64,000 nucleotides of DNA from the NCBI GenBank assembly GCA_049317285.1, contig JBMOIO010000001.1, positions 20,388 to 84,387 of the forward strand, in the 5' to 3' direction. Below are positions 1 to 10,116 of the stretch, piece after piece. The translations under genes were made by a program, and so were the position numbers. A model generated the notes under the pieces. The model did not search any database. It worked only from the letters and a program-made list of their open reading frames with translations, and was not told where the DNA came from. This DNA comes from Minisyncoccia bacterium (GTDB lineage: Bacteria; Patescibacteriota; Minisyncoccia; Phycocordibacterales; UBA9973). Every line of letters begins with the position of its first letter. The stretch's first letter is position 1.

Positions 1-1233
1 CTTTGACTCGCGAATAATAGAGATGACTCGGTCGATATGGTCAAGCGCCTTTTTCAAACCGAGCAAAATATGCTCACGGGCTTTTGCAGCGTTTAGGTCA
101 AACTGTGTACGGCGTCGCACCACCACTTCGCGGTGCCCAATAAAGGCAGTGAGGATAGACTTCAAAGAGAGCGTTTCTGGCACGCCATCAACGAGCGCCA
201 CCATATTGTAGTGGAAGGTCTGCTCGAGCTGGGTGTGCTTATATAAATAGTTGAGGACTTTCTGCGGATTGATCCCCGCCTTCAACGTAATCACAATGCG
301 AACATCTTTTGTTGAAAGTTCGTCGAGTGCTTTGATGCCTTCAAGCTTTTTTTCTTGAACCAAGGTTGCAATGGATTCAACAAAGGTTGATTTGTTGACC
401 TGATATGGAAGCGAGGTGATGACGATCTGGTACGCACCACTTTTTGCTTCTGCAACTTCGGCTTCACCACGGCACACCACTCCTCCGCGACCGGTAGCAA
501 ATGCATGTAAAATGTCTGCCTTGTTAAATGCGAGTCCTCCTGTTGGGAAGTCGGGGCCTTTTACAATCTCTGCCAAGTCTTCGGTTGTTGCATCGTCATT
601 TTCAATGAGGTGCAAGCAAGCGTCAACGATTTCGGTGAGGTTGTGAGGCGCGATACTGGTCGCCATACCAACTGCAATACCAAGCGTACCGTTGAGAAGA
701 AGGACAGGGAGCGCGGTTGGCATCACTGTCGGCTCTTTGCGGGTCGCGTCATAGTTTGGGCGGAAGTCTACCGTGTCTTTTTCCAAATCACGCACCAATT
801 CTGCCGCAATCTTCGACATGCGCGCTTCTGTATAACGCATCGCAGCTGGTGGGTCACCATCCATGGAGCCAAAGTTACCTTGGCCTTGCACAAGCATGTA
901 GCGGGTCGAGAAATCTTGCGCAAGCTTTACCATCGCATCATAGACACTAGTGTCGCCATGAGGGTGGTATTTACCTAAAACATCACCGACAATACGCGCG
1001 CTTTTTACAAACTTTGCGCTCGCAGTGTGCCCGCTATCAGACATAGAGTAGAGGATACGGCGATGCACCGGCTTGAGCCCGTCGCGCACGTCCGGCAATG
1101 CACGGTCGGTAATAACGCTCATCGCGTAGTCGATAAAGCTTTCGCGCATCTCTGTAACGATATTGAATGGAAGGACGTTTTGGCGCTCTCCCGCTGAATC
1201 AATCTCTGTTTCTGTTACTGCCTTTTTTGCCAT
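1..1233 (-). CDS. gyrA: DNA gyrase subunit A (N-terminal part; runs off the window edge)
   Basis: Minus-strand reading gives the GyrA N-terminal motifs ([53 protein letters not shown]). ATG at 1231-1233. Not in the ORF track because it has no stop in the window. Confidence 0.93.
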   Translation of the reverse strand, partial: MAKKAVTETEIDSAGERQNVLPFNIVTEMRESFIDYAMSVITDRALPDVRDGLKPVHRRILYSMSDSGHTASAKFVKSARIVGDVLGKYHPHGDTSVYDAMVKLAQDFSTRYMLVQGQGNFGSMDGDPPAAMRYTEARMSKIAAELVRDLEKDTVDFRPNYDATRKEPTVMPTALPVLLLNGTLGIAVGMATSIAPHNLTEIVDACLHLIENDDATTEDLAEIVKGPDFPTGGLAFNKADILHAFATGRGGVVCRGEAEVAEAKSGAYQIVITSLPYQVNKSTFVESIATLVQEKKLEGIKALDELSTKDVRIVITLKAGINPQKVLNYLYKHTQLEQTFHYNMVALVDGVPETLSLKSILTAFIGHREVVVRRRTQFDLNAAKAREHILLGLKKALDHIDRVISIIRESK

Positions 1234-1339
1234 GTGTCCGCCTAAATTTCTTTAATAATAAAATAGTCTTACTTATCCTTTTCGCCTTATATCCCTCGAC
1301 TTCAGGAAATTTCGGCGGATGAATTCCTCTATTATACCA

Positions 1340-1549
1340 CTATTTGTCCGTAAAATACGATTGTGTCCCCTCTAAAATCGTGGTGTAACCTGCTCGAATA
1401 CGGGCGCTCAGCGCCTCATCTTTCGCCTTGGTTGCGGGAGCGCTATATATCAAAACAAGGACGGTAAGAAGAATAATTCCAACCCCTACCGTACACCAAA
1501 ACGCAATATTTTTTCGCTTTTGCGGTGAATAGTGCTGGAAGTAGGCCAT
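1340..1549 (-). CDS. small hypothetical membrane protein
   Basis: 69-aa ORF with one hydrophobic helix, co-oriented between the MBL gene and gyrA. Confidence 0.55.
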   Translation of the reverse strand: MAYFQHYSPQKRKNIAFWCTVGVGIILLTVLVLIYSAPATKAKDEALSARIRAGYTTILEGTQSYFTDK

Positions 1550-1560
1550 ATAATCAATCG

Positions 1561-2196
1561 TTAGCCTTGAGGAGCGAGGGCCATGATAAACCCTTGTTTA
1601 CCGTCGAGGTCCCGGCGCTTGAGTGTGGCCTTGTCCACTATCTCATTCTTTTCCTGTCCCCCTTCTTTCAAAAACTGCTTCAAGTCAGCGTCAGAGTATT
1701 CGTACGGAATGATGACATTTGGACTAAATGATACTGCGGTTTTGTACGCAGTCGTCGGATCGAGATCAAGCGCTCCTCCTACCGGAACAAAAAGCATGTC
1801 GGCATTTGAGGCGATTTCATGCGCTTCGGGAGAAAGCTGTTTGATATCTCCTTGGAGGCCGAGAAATGCAATCTTGATGCCGTCGAGCTCAAAACCGTAG
1901 ACCGTATTGATATATGTTTTTTTATCGATAACAACCGTGCTCTGCGCTCCTGCAAAAAACAATTCTCGCGCTTCGTAGCTTCCGGGACCATCAATGACAA
2001 ACAGCTCCTTGTCGCCCAACGTCACCGTCTCTGGACCGTCGGTTTCCGGTGTGTGCGTACTAATGAGCGCAATATCTGCACCAAAGCGAGGCGCTTTCCC
2101 GAATGCTTTTGAGTCTTTTGCGGGCGGATTGAGCGCAATCGTGAGGTCGCCGAGCGTGAGCTTGAAATAAGACTTGCCAAAATATGTGATAACCAT
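1561..2196 (-). CDS. MBL-fold (beta-lactamase-like) hydrolase, degenerate metal motif
   Basis: MVITYFGKSYFKL...ADIALISTH...IDGPGSYE...DMLFVPVGG...PNVIIP pattern. Start placed at the ATG 6 nt after TACACT. Confidence 0.75.
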   Translation of the reverse strand: MVITYFGKSYFKLTLGDLTIALNPPAKDSKAFGKAPRFGADIALISTHTPETDGPETVTLGDKELFVIDGPGSYEARELFFAGAQSTVVIDKKTYINTVYGFELDGIKIAFLGLQGDIKQLSPEAHEIASNADMLFVPVGGALDLDPTTAYKTAVSFSPNVIIPYEYSDADLKQFLKEGGQEKNEIVDKATLKRRDLDGKQGFIMALAPQG

Positions 2197-2423
2197 GGCC
2201 GTAGTGTAGCAAAATAGCGAACTGAACAAAAGGAACCCCCTGCTTGAAATCTACATATATATATGGTATTGTCTGTGGACTCGATAGAGTATTAAGAACC
2301 GTTCCCCTTCCAGGAATAACCTCATTCCCCTACGTATCGGATTAGCCGTATGAAAGCAATGAAATCTTGGTAGGCATTCCTCATTGGAGGAGTGGCTGCC
2401 TCACGGTGGCCAATTTTTTATTT

Positions 2424-3569
2424 ATGACTACAGAACACAACACAGAAGAAGAAGTTATCGCAGTTACTGCGGAAACTCCTGAAACAGAAAAAGAGGAGCG
2501 CGAAACTCCTCACCCTCGCCTTGAAGACCTCGTAGAAGGTCCAGTGATCGCAGTGGGTAAAGCCGCTGTATACATTGATCTTGCACCCTACGGTACTGGT
2601 ATCATCTACGGCCGCGAATTTATCGCAGTGCGCGACCTTATCAAAAAGACCAATGTTGGCGACATCATCAAGGCCAAGGTTGTCGAGATTGAAAACGCTG
2701 ACGGATATGTCGAACTTTCATTAAAAGAAGCAAAGCAGGCACTCCTTTGGAGCGAAGCGGAGCGCGCTATCAAGGATAAAACTATCTTCGACCTCGTAAT
2801 CAAGGAAGCAAACAAGGGTGGTCTTATCATTGACTGGCAGGGCGTGTCAGGATTTCTTCCTGCAAGCCAGCTGAAAGCTGAGCACTATCCTCGTGTAGAA
2901 GACTCTGACAAGGACAAAATCCTTCGCGAGCTCAAGAAACTCATCGGTACCAAGCTTGCGGTCTCTATGATTTCTGCAAATCCGAAAGACGGAAAGCTTA
3001 TCTTCTCTGAAAAGGAATCAAATCCTGAAGAGCGCCAGGAAGTGGTGAGCAAGTACGCAGTCGGCGACGAGATGGAGTGCGAAGTAACAGGAATTGTTGA
3101 CTTCGGCGTATTCCTCAAGATCGAAGACGGTCTCGAAGGATTGGTACACATCTCTGAACTCGACTGGGGACTCGTGGAAGACCCACGAAGCATGTTCAAG
3201 CTCAAAGATAAAGTAAAAGCTAAGATTATCGATATCAAGGACGGGAAAATTTCACTCTCTATCAAAGCACTCAAAGACAACCCATGGAATGCATTTGCCG
3301 GAACACTCAAGAAAGGCGATGTAGTCAAAGGTGTAGTGATCAAGTACAACAAGCACGGTGCACTCGTTTCTATCAAGGAAGGAGTAGCGGGACTTGTACA
3401 CCACTCAACCTTTGGCTCAGATGAAAAGCTTCGCGAAGCGCTTCAGCTCGGACGAATGTACCCATTCACTGTCACTCTCTTTGAACCAAAGGAACAGCGT
3501 ATGACGCTTGTTGCCGGAGAGCAAAAGATTGAGGACGCTCCTGCTCCAGAAGAAGCAAAAGCGGAATAA
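2424..3569 (+). CDS. rpsA: 30S ribosomal protein S1 (four S1 domains)
   Basis: Repeated S1 motifs (GFLPASQL, DFGVFL..GLEGLVHISEL, KISLSIKAL). Confidence 0.9.
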   Translation: MTTEHNTEEEVIAVTAETPETEKEERETPHPRLEDLVEGPVIAVGKAAVYIDLAPYGTGIIYGREFIAVRDLIKKTNVGDIIKAKVVEIENADGYVELSLKEAKQALLWSEAERAIKDKTIFDLVIKEANKGGLIIDWQGVSGFLPASQLKAEHYPRVEDSDKDKILRELKKLIGTKLAVSMISANPKDGKLIFSEKESNPEERQEVVSKYAVGDEMECEVTGIVDFGVFLKIEDGLEGLVHISELDWGLVEDPRSMFKLKDKVKAKIIDIKDGKISLSIKALKDNPWNAFAGTLKKGDVVKGVVIKYNKHGALVSIKEGVAGLVHHSTFGSDEKLREALQLGRMYPFTVTLFEPKEQRMTLVAGEQKIEDAPAPEEAKAE

Positions 3570-3584
3570 CATCCAGAGTATATG

Positions 3585-3617
3585 AAAAAGCCCAAACGAA
3601 TTCGTTCGGGCTTTTTT
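3585..3617. terminator. bidirectional intrinsic terminator
   Basis: aaaaagccc-aacgaattcgtt-gggctttttt hairpin between convergent genes. Confidence 0.8.
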
Positions 3618-3629
3618 GTTTGATTCTTT

Positions 3630-3884
3630 TTACCTTACTGTACGGCATTGTTGAATAAATGCGGCAAGATTGATTTTAAAAATACGCGCCATATGTCCTA
3701 ATATATTTATATCAGGAACATATGAACCATTTTTAATACGCTCTACAATATCTTCCGAAAGACTCAATTGAGAAGAGAGTGATTCGTTGGATATTTTTTT
3801 ACTTTCACAATAATCAGAGACTACTCTGCCGGTAATGTAGGGAATTAAAAATGAATGATCAGTAATTACAGTTTGTTTTCCCAT
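3630..3884 (-). CDS. small XRE-like HTH protein
   Basis: AT-rich 84-aa ORF; ISNESLSSQLSLSEDIVERIKNGSYVPDINILGHMARIFKI resembles XRE HTH helices. Confidence 0.55.
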   Translation of the reverse strand: MGKQTVITDHSFLIPYITGRVVSDYCESKKISNESLSSQLSLSEDIVERIKNGSYVPDINILGHMARIFKINLAAFIQQCRTVR

Positions 3885-3938
3885 AATTCTTTTGTTTATT
3901 TAATTATCTTTTACCACAAACCTTATGATTTGTACAGT

Positions 3939-4505
3939 CTAATTAAATGCTGTCATTATCTCCTCTTTACTCTTGTGTGGAAGGGATTCAATAACCGCGA
4001 TCGCACGCGCTATCCCCTCTTTAAGTGTTTCTTTTTCAAATGGTGCAAAGTTTGAGAGTAAGAATTTTTGAAATCCGTCGGGAGGCAAGATACGGTCTGC
4101 GAGCTCCTCATGGATTGGGCGCACGCCAACACGGATGCGGAAAAAGTCCTTGTGTCCAAGGTGGTCGATAATGCTCTGCACGCCATTGTGTCCACCTGCA
4201 CCCCGCCCAAACGAACACTTTATGTTCCCAAGCGAAATATCGATGTCGTCATACACCACCACCACCTGTGCGTCGGGGTATTGCTTCAAAAGCGCGCGCG
4301 CCGTAACCCCTGAGTGGTTCATAAAGGTTGTCGGCTTTGCAAGCAACAATTCACCCCACTGTGCAATGCTTGCGCTAAAAAGTCCTTTCTCAACAAAAAC
4401 AAAAGATTCCTTTTCCGCAACTGCATCAAGCACTTGGAAGCCAACATTGTGCCGCTGTTTTATATACGTACTTCCAGGATTGCCGAGCCCAATAACGATG
4501 ATCAT
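3939..4505 (-). CDS. pth: peptidyl-tRNA hydrolase
   Basis: GLGNPG..Y...RHNVGF, KPTTFMN.SG, GGHNG motifs. Confidence 0.95.
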   Translation of the reverse strand: MIIVIGLGNPGSTYIKQRHNVGFQVLDAVAEKESFVFVEKGLFSASIAQWGELLLAKPTTFMNHSGVTARALLKQYPDAQVVVVYDDIDISLGNIKCSFGRGAGGHNGVQSIIDHLGHKDFFRIRVGVRPIHEELADRILPPDGFQKFLLSNFAPFEKETLKEGIARAIAVIESLPHKSKEEIMTAFN

Positions 4506-4572
4506 CCCTCTATTAAACAACAAAAAACGTTTCTTGTCGTGCATGCGTAAATCGTCTATACTACGCGTATTC

Positions 4573-5160
4573 ATGGAACCCCTTACTAAGACTACTGCAC
4601 CCAAACTACCGCGCAGTATGCGCCTCTGGGCCTTTGTTGAAAATGTCCTCTATATTGCCGCTGCCGTCATCCTTGCAGTACTCATCCAGAGCTTTGTTAT
4701 CCGCCCGTTTATCGTCAGCGGTGCCTCAATGGACCCACGCATTGAAAACGGACAGTATCTCCTAATCGACGAGATCAGCTACCGCATGCATGAACCCGAG
4801 CGCGGTGATGTTGTTGTCTTTCGCGCTCCCCCTGAACCATCAAAATATTACATCAAGCGCATCATTGGTCTCCCTGGCGAAACAGTAGTACTGAAAGACG
4901 GTGTAATAACCATCATCAATGCCGAACATCCCGACGGCCTTGTACTTGATGAGCCGTATATTGTTCATACACAAAAGGACTCACTAATCAAAAAAGTTCC
5001 GATGGGCGAATACTTCGTCATGGGTGACAACCGCTCCGCGAGCTATGACTCCCGCGGATGGGGCACCCTTCCAAAAAAAGAAATCCGTGGACGAGCACTG
5101 TTGCGACTCCTTCCTATTAGCACTATTGACTACCTTCCGGGCAAAGAATCCTATGAGTAA
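4573..5160 (+). CDS. lepB: signal peptidase I
   Basis: V.G.SMDP, RGDVVVF, YIKRIIGLPGE, YFVMGDNR..S.DSR motifs. Confidence 0.95.
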   Translation: MEPLTKTTAPKLPRSMRLWAFVENVLYIAAAVILAVLIQSFVIRPFIVSGASMDPRIENGQYLLIDEISYRMHEPERGDVVVFRAPPEPSKYYIKRIIGLPGETVVLKDGVITIINAEHPDGLVLDEPYIVHTQKDSLIKKVPMGEYFVMGDNRSASYDSRGWGTLPKKEIRGRALLRLLPISTIDYLPGKESYE

Positions 5161-6442
5161 AGAAAAAAAGACAATTGAACCAGTAAGCCCAAAAGGCATG
5201 CGCGATATTATCGGAGAGGACTACTACAAGTTCCAGGGCTTTTTTGAAAAGGCACAGGAGGTGGCGGTGTACTACGGCTTCAAGCCGATTGAAACCCCTA
5301 TCCTCGAACACGAAACAACTTTCACCACCGCTGTTGGCGAAGGAACCGACATTGTAGACAAGGAAATGTACACGCTCAAAACAAAAGGTGGTGACCACCT
5401 CGCGCTTCGTCCTGAACACACTGCCGGGTTGATGCGCGCGTATATCTCCAATGGCATGCAAAACCAGCCGCAGCCGGTCCTTCTCTATCACTCAGGCCCG
5501 GTCTTTCGCCACGACAAGCCGCAGCGCGGACGATACCGACAGTTCTATCAGTTCGATGTTGATGCGCTCGGCAATGAAAAAAGTATTACTGATGCACTCG
5601 TGATCAAGACAATCTACACCATTTTGGAAGAAGCAGGTGCAAAAAATCTTGTAGTGACCATCAACTCAATTGGGGACAAAGACTCACGCCCAGCCTATAT
5701 CAAAGAGCTCACCAACTACTATAAAAAACACCTCAAAGATCTCTCTCCGATTGATCAAGAGCGCCTGAAGACCAATCCGCTTCGCATCCTCGACTCCAAA
5801 GACGAGAAAACAAAAGAGATAAACCAAAACGCACCGGACTCATTGAGCTATCTTTCAACATCCGGCAAGCGCCACTTCAAAGAAGTACTCGAATTTCTCG
5901 ACCAAATGGACATTGCGTATCAAATCGACAAGACGCTCGTACGCGGACTCTCCTACTACACGCACACAGTATTTGAAATCATCGAAACAAACGAAGAAGA
6001 CGGCATCAGTATGACTATTGCAGGCGGCGGGCGCTATGACTATCTCGGGCGCGAACTCGGCAGCAAAAAAGACATCCCTGCAATGGGTGGCTCTATTGGT
6101 ATGGACCGCATCATTGAGCGACCATGGTTCAAAGACCTTACTCCTCGCATCCTCAAGAAACCAAAAGTATACTTTATCCAAGTTGGCTACGAAGCAAAAC
6201 TGAAGAGCTTAAACGTCATCGAAATCCTCCGCAAAGCGCATGTGCCAATGATGCAGTCCCTTTCAAAGGATTCTCTTTCTGCACAGCTTGCAGTGGCCGA
6301 AAAATCCGACGCGCCATACACCCTCATTTTTGGGCAAAAAGAAGCGATGGAACAGTCAGTAATTGTGCGCAATATGGAAACACGCGAACAAGACACTGTC
6401 CCCCTTACAGAGCTCAACACTTATATCAAACACCTCAAGTAA
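5153..6442 (+). CDS. hisS: histidine--tRNA ligase
   Basis: PKGMRD, LRPEHTA, FRHDKPQRGRYRQFYQ, LVRGLSYY, GGGRYD motifs. Confidence 0.96.
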   Translation: MSKEKKTIEPVSPKGMRDIIGEDYYKFQGFFEKAQEVAVYYGFKPIETPILEHETTFTTAVGEGTDIVDKEMYTLKTKGGDHLALRPEHTAGLMRAYISNGMQNQPQPVLLYHSGPVFRHDKPQRGRYRQFYQFDVDALGNEKSITDALVIKTIYTILEEAGAKNLVVTINSIGDKDSRPAYIKELTNYYKKHLKDLSPIDQERLKTNPLRILDSKDEKTKEINQNAPDSLSYLSTSGKRHFKEVLEFLDQMDIAYQIDKTLVRGLSYYTHTVFEIIETNEEDGISMTIAGGGRYDYLGRELGSKKDIPAMGGSIGMDRIIERPWFKDLTPRILKKPKVYFIQVGYEAKLKSLNVIEILRKAHVPMMQSLSKDSLSAQLAVAEKSDAPYTLIFGQKEAMEQSVIVRNMETREQDTVPLTELNTYIKHLK

Positions 6443-6446
6443 TACC

Positions 6447-6935
6447 ATGAAAGAGATTGTCCAGGAACCACATGCAGTGCTCCGACAAGTCACTACCTCG
6501 GTCGCACAAGACGCAATCGTGAGTGCTGACATACAGGAAATCATTGCAGACATGAACGAAGCATTAAACCGCGAAGACGACGGCGTTGCTATTGCGGCAC
6601 CTCAAATCGGCGTGCCACTACGCATCTTTGTCGTTTCAAAAAAAGCGTCAAAACAGCTCAGCTCAAATACTGCATTTATTAACCCTGAAATTATCCGCAT
6701 TGGAAAACTCAAAGAAGACCTCTCCGAAGGGTGTCTCTCTGTTCGATGGAAATACGGCACCGTAAAGCGCTCAACAAGCGCTACAGTGCGTGCATTGAAT
6801 GCTGAGGGAAATGAATTTGTTGTCAGCGGCCGCGGACTTTTGGCACAGATATTTCAGCACGAAGTCGACCATTTAAACGGTGTACTCTTTATCGACAAGG
6901 CAAAAGATATTGAGGACCTGCCTCCTACCTCCTAA
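6447..6935 (+). CDS. def: peptide deformylase
   Basis: GVAIAAPQIG, EGCLS, QHEVDHLNG motifs. Confidence 0.96.
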   Translation: MKEIVQEPHAVLRQVTTSVAQDAIVSADIQEIIADMNEALNREDDGVAIAAPQIGVPLRIFVVSKKASKQLSSNTAFINPEIIRIGKLKEDLSEGCLSVRWKYGTVKRSTSATVRALNAEGNEFVVSGRGLLAQIFQHEVDHLNGVLFIDKAKDIEDLPPTS

Positions 6936-6936
6936 T

Positions 6937-7776
6937 ATGAAAAACATCGCATTCTTTGGAACACCAGACTTTACCACTGACTTTCTCGAAGTACTTACGG
7001 CACACGACCTCACGCCAGCACTTATTGTCACCAACCCCGACCGCGCGGCAGGCCGCGGAATGACGCTCACTGCCCCAAAACCTAAAGTATGGGCACACGA
7101 GCACAATGTGAAAGTCATTCAGCCTGAACGAATTGACGACGCAGTGCTCACCGAACTTGCACAGACACCATGGGACTTGTTCGTTGTCGTTGCATACGGA
7201 AAGATTCTCCCTGAAGCACTCATCTCTATGCCGAAATACGGCACCATAAATGTGCACTACTCGCTGCTTCCGAACTATCGCGGTGCAACCCCTGTCGAAT
7301 CTGCCATTTTACATGGTGATGACACTACTGGTGTCTGTATACAGCAAATGCGCTACAAGCTCGATTCAGGCCCGATTATTGCCACAGAAGAGGTAGTGAT
7401 AGATCCAGCTGATACAACCCTTACACTGCGCGCACGCCTCAATGACAAGGCATTAGAGCTGCTTCCTATAACGATAGAAAAGATTTTTGAAGGAACTATA
7501 ACAATGAAGGAACAGGATGAGGCACAGGCGACCCACTCTGGCAAAATCAGCAAGTCCGATGGCGAGATACAACTCTCGGATGACAGTGTCTTAAACGACA
7601 GAAAATTTCGCGCACATGCGGGCAATGTGGGGACGTATTTTTTTATACAAAAAGAAGGAAAAAGTATTCGCGTCAAAGTGACACGCGCTCACTTACATGA
7701 AAATAACTTCGTCATCGACGAAGTTATTCCTGAAAACGGCAAGCCTACTTCATACGAAATTTTTATAAAAGGCTAA
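6937..7776 (+). CDS. fmt: methionyl-tRNA formyltransferase
   Basis: FFGTPDF, NVHYSLLP.YRGATP, LDSGPII motifs; follows def. Confidence 0.95.
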   Translation: MKNIAFFGTPDFTTDFLEVLTAHDLTPALIVTNPDRAAGRGMTLTAPKPKVWAHEHNVKVIQPERIDDAVLTELAQTPWDLFVVVAYGKILPEALISMPKYGTINVHYSLLPNYRGATPVESAILHGDDTTGVCIQQMRYKLDSGPIIATEEVVIDPADTTLTLRARLNDKALELLPITIEKIFEGTITMKEQDEAQATHSGKISKSDGEIQLSDDSVLNDRKFRAHAGNVGTYFFIQKEGKSIRVKVTRAHLHENNFVIDEVIPENGKPTSYEIFIKG

Positions 7777-8267
7777 TTCGCAATAGCATAGTTTTTTCCG
7801 TATCTGGGATAGGTTCCATTACCACCGGTGCCATTGCATGTTGTTTGAATATAGGCGATATCTGCAGACGAAGGGTTGTTTAATGTTGCGGACAAGGAAA
7901 AATACTGTTGCCCAAAAGCATTGGCGCAAATGTAGAGCATATAGTTTGCTTCGTTCACAAAGCCGGTACCGAGATATCCTTCTTCTGCAAGTTTGGTCGT
8001 TATTGCTTTTGGATACGACGCTCCGTCTGCATACGTTACCCACCCTGCACCCATATCCATATACCCTGACCCTACCGCAGCGTATGTTCCGTATGTATCA
8101 TAATACAACTCAAGCGCTGTCGCGATCTGCTTAAGTTCTGATTTTATTTTCGCATCAGCGCCTTTTTTGCGGGCACTGTTAAGTGACGCAAGAACAACAC
8201 TCGCCAAAATGCCGATCACTGCGATCACGACAAGGAGCTCAATCAATGTGAATCCTTTTTGCTTCAT
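7773..8267 (-). CDS. type IV pilin-like / GspG-like prepilin
   Basis: Class III signal KGFTLIELLVVIAVIGILA. Confidence 0.88.
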   Translation of the reverse strand: MKQKGFTLIELLVVIAVIGILASVVLASLNSARKKGADAKIKSELKQIATALELYYDTYGTYAAVGSGYMDMGAGWVTYADGASYPKAITTKLAEEGYLGTGFVNEANYMLYICANAFGQQYFSLSATLNNPSSADIAYIQTTCNGTGGNGTYPRYGKNYAIAN

Positions 8268-8268
8268 C

Positions 8269-8625
8269 TTAAGAGCGGAATCCTTTGAGTATGTTTTTTA
8301 TGCGCTGAGAACCGCGCTTGAAGAGCGAGTGCTCTTTTCCTTTTGCGCTTTTTAGTTCGCGCACCAATTCGTCCCGCACAACATCAATCGCTTCATACAG
8401 GTCAGCTTTTTCAGTTTCTGCGCGATAGAGCTTTCCCAAGGATGTTGTGACATTTACGTTCGCAATAAAAATATCTCCGTTTCGGTGGTGGTTCGTGCTT
8501 TTACCAAGCTCAGCCTCAACTGATGCAATAGCCCCATACTTTCCAATACTTGAAAAGCGCTTCTCTGCATAATCCTTCAACGCCTCAGTCAGTTCCATGT
8601 TTGTTGCTTTGATTGAAATGGTCAT
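8269..8625 (-). CDS. raiA: ribosome hibernation factor (HPF/RaiA)
   Basis: NMELTEALKDYAEKR...DLYEAID pattern. Confidence 0.88.
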   Translation of the reverse strand: MTISIKATNMELTEALKDYAEKRFSSIGKYGAIASVEAELGKSTNHHRNGDIFIANVNVTTSLGKLYRAETEKADLYEAIDVVRDELVRELKSAKGKEHSLFKRGSQRIKNILKGFRS

Positions 8626-8657
8626 ACTTACAGTATATCACTCTTCGATGTGCACAA

Positions 8658-9722
8658 TTAGGCCTTGCTTTTCCACTCTTTCTGGGCGTTTACGTCAATA
8701 CCCATATCGCGCTCTGTCTCTTCAATTGTCTCCACCATAATAGTCACCGCTTCAAGCGCATTTTCTCCCAATGCACTCTCTTCAGAGAGCATCACTGCGT
8801 CTGCTCCGTCATAGACAGAGTGTGCAATGTCAGATACTTCTGCACGGGTCGGCACAGGAGCGTTAATCATGCTCTCAAGCATCTGCGTTGCAACAATCAC
8901 TGGCTTTCCAGCCTCATTACATTTGCGGATGAGCATCTTTTGCACGGCCGGCACTTTTGCATGGCCAATTTCAATTGCCAAATCCCCTCGCGCAACCATA
9001 ATACCGTCCACCGCTTCAATGATTTCGTCGATTTTCTCCACCGCTTCAGGTGTTTCAATCTTTGCGATGATCATTTGGTTTCCGCCACCCTGTTTGATCA
9101 ATGCGCGCAATTCTTCAATGTCTTTTGCGGTGCGCACAAATGAAAGCGCTACATAATCAACTCCAGCCTTAATCCCAAATTCAAGATCGCTCTTGTCCTT
9201 TTCAGTAATCGCAGAAATAGAAAGAAAGGCATTCGGGATATTTACTCCGCGACGGCTTTTGATAACTCCTCCCACTAAAATAGTAGTATAGATGTCGCCG
9301 TTTTCTACCTTATCCACGCGAAGCTTTCTGCGCCCGTCATCAATCATGAGGAGTTGTCCCGGCTTGATATCAGTGTCGATGTTTGGGTAGTTGAAATACA
9401 CTTTGTAGGCATTCCCGCTTGCTTTTGTCCCACTGAGAATAAACTCATGCCCCGGGATAAGTTCAATAGAGCCGTCTTCAAAATCCCCAATGCGGATTTT
9501 CGGACCAGAAAGGTCTTGGAGAATGGCGATTGGAATATTCTCTTGTTTTGCCACCGCGCGAATAGTATCGATACGTGCCTGGTGCACTACCTGGTCGTCA
9601 TGGCTCATGTTGGTGCGCGCCACATTGATGCCGGCACGGAGGAGTTCTGCAAAGCGCTCAGGCTTTTCAGAGCGCGGGCCAATAGTTGCGACAATTTTTG
9701 TTTTTCGAGGATGTGTGTTCAT
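8658..9722 (-). CDS. pyk: pyruvate kinase (354 aa, lacks C-terminal domain)
   Basis: RKTKIVATIGP, DLSGPKIR, IAKIE, GIMVARGDL, ATQMLESM, PTRAEVSD motifs. Confidence 0.93.
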   Translation of the reverse strand: MNTHPRKTKIVATIGPRSEKPERFAELLRAGINVARTNMSHDDQVVHQARIDTIRAVAKQENIPIAILQDLSGPKIRIGDFEDGSIELIPGHEFILSGTKASGNAYKVYFNYPNIDTDIKPGQLLMIDDGRRKLRVDKVENGDIYTTILVGGVIKSRRGVNIPNAFLSISAITEKDKSDLEFGIKAGVDYVALSFVRTAKDIEELRALIKQGGGNQMIIAKIETPEAVEKIDEIIEAVDGIMVARGDLAIEIGHAKVPAVQKMLIRKCNEAGKPVIVATQMLESMINAPVPTRAEVSDIAHSVYDGADAVMLSEESALGENALEAVTIMVETIEETERDMGIDVNAQKEWKSKA

Positions 9723-9770
9723 AAGAAATAGGTTGTTTGATTTGGTAAAAATGCAGTGTAGTATAGCCTC

Positions 9771-10025
9771 ATGGAGAAGGTTTTGGCAATTATATTCCTC
9801 GTGTTGTTCGTCTGGGTGGCAGTGCCACATATTGCGCGCGGAGAGTGGCTCGCCCCTACCGCAATGCCCTACGACCATTGGGCCTACGAGTACGCAGTCC
9901 CTGGGAGCCGGGAGATGCTCGCTACCCCGCCATCGGGATACGGGTGGTTTCGCTTTGATTTTTGGAATAATCCGCCCGCAACTGGCCGATCTGTCCAAAA
10001 GGGCGATTTTGCACTGCGGCGATAA
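9771..10025 (+). CDS. small exported hypothetical protein
   Basis: N-terminal hydrophobic segment. TAGTAT lies 6 nt before the ATG and a terminator follows the stop. Confidence 0.55.
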   Translation: MEKVLAIIFLVLFVWVAVPHIARGEWLAPTAMPYDHWAYEYAVPGSREMLATPPSGYGWFRFDFWNNPPATGRSVQKGDFALRR

Positions 10026-10059
10026 ACAAAAAACACCGTAATGGTGTTTTTTGTTTATC
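10021..10059. terminator. bidirectional terminator downstream of tRNA-Asn
   Basis: gataaacaaaaaacacc-gtaat-ggtgttttttgtttatc inverted repeat. Confidence 0.8.
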
Positions 10060-10116
10060 AGATGATAAAAATACTGTGCTCCCCCGGTAGGATTCGAACC
10101 TACGACCAATTGCTTA

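Noticed and set aside
4135-5152. Extended starts for lepB and hisS in the ORF track (also murF, thrS and the phosphoesterase)
   Set aside because: The extensions overlap neighbouring genes; downstream ATGs fit homology and the -10 spacing.
8658-10109. 483-aa pyk ORF with a long N-terminal extension
   Set aside because: The extension reads through a tRNA exon, a terminator and an opposite-strand gene; homology starts at the Met at 9722.
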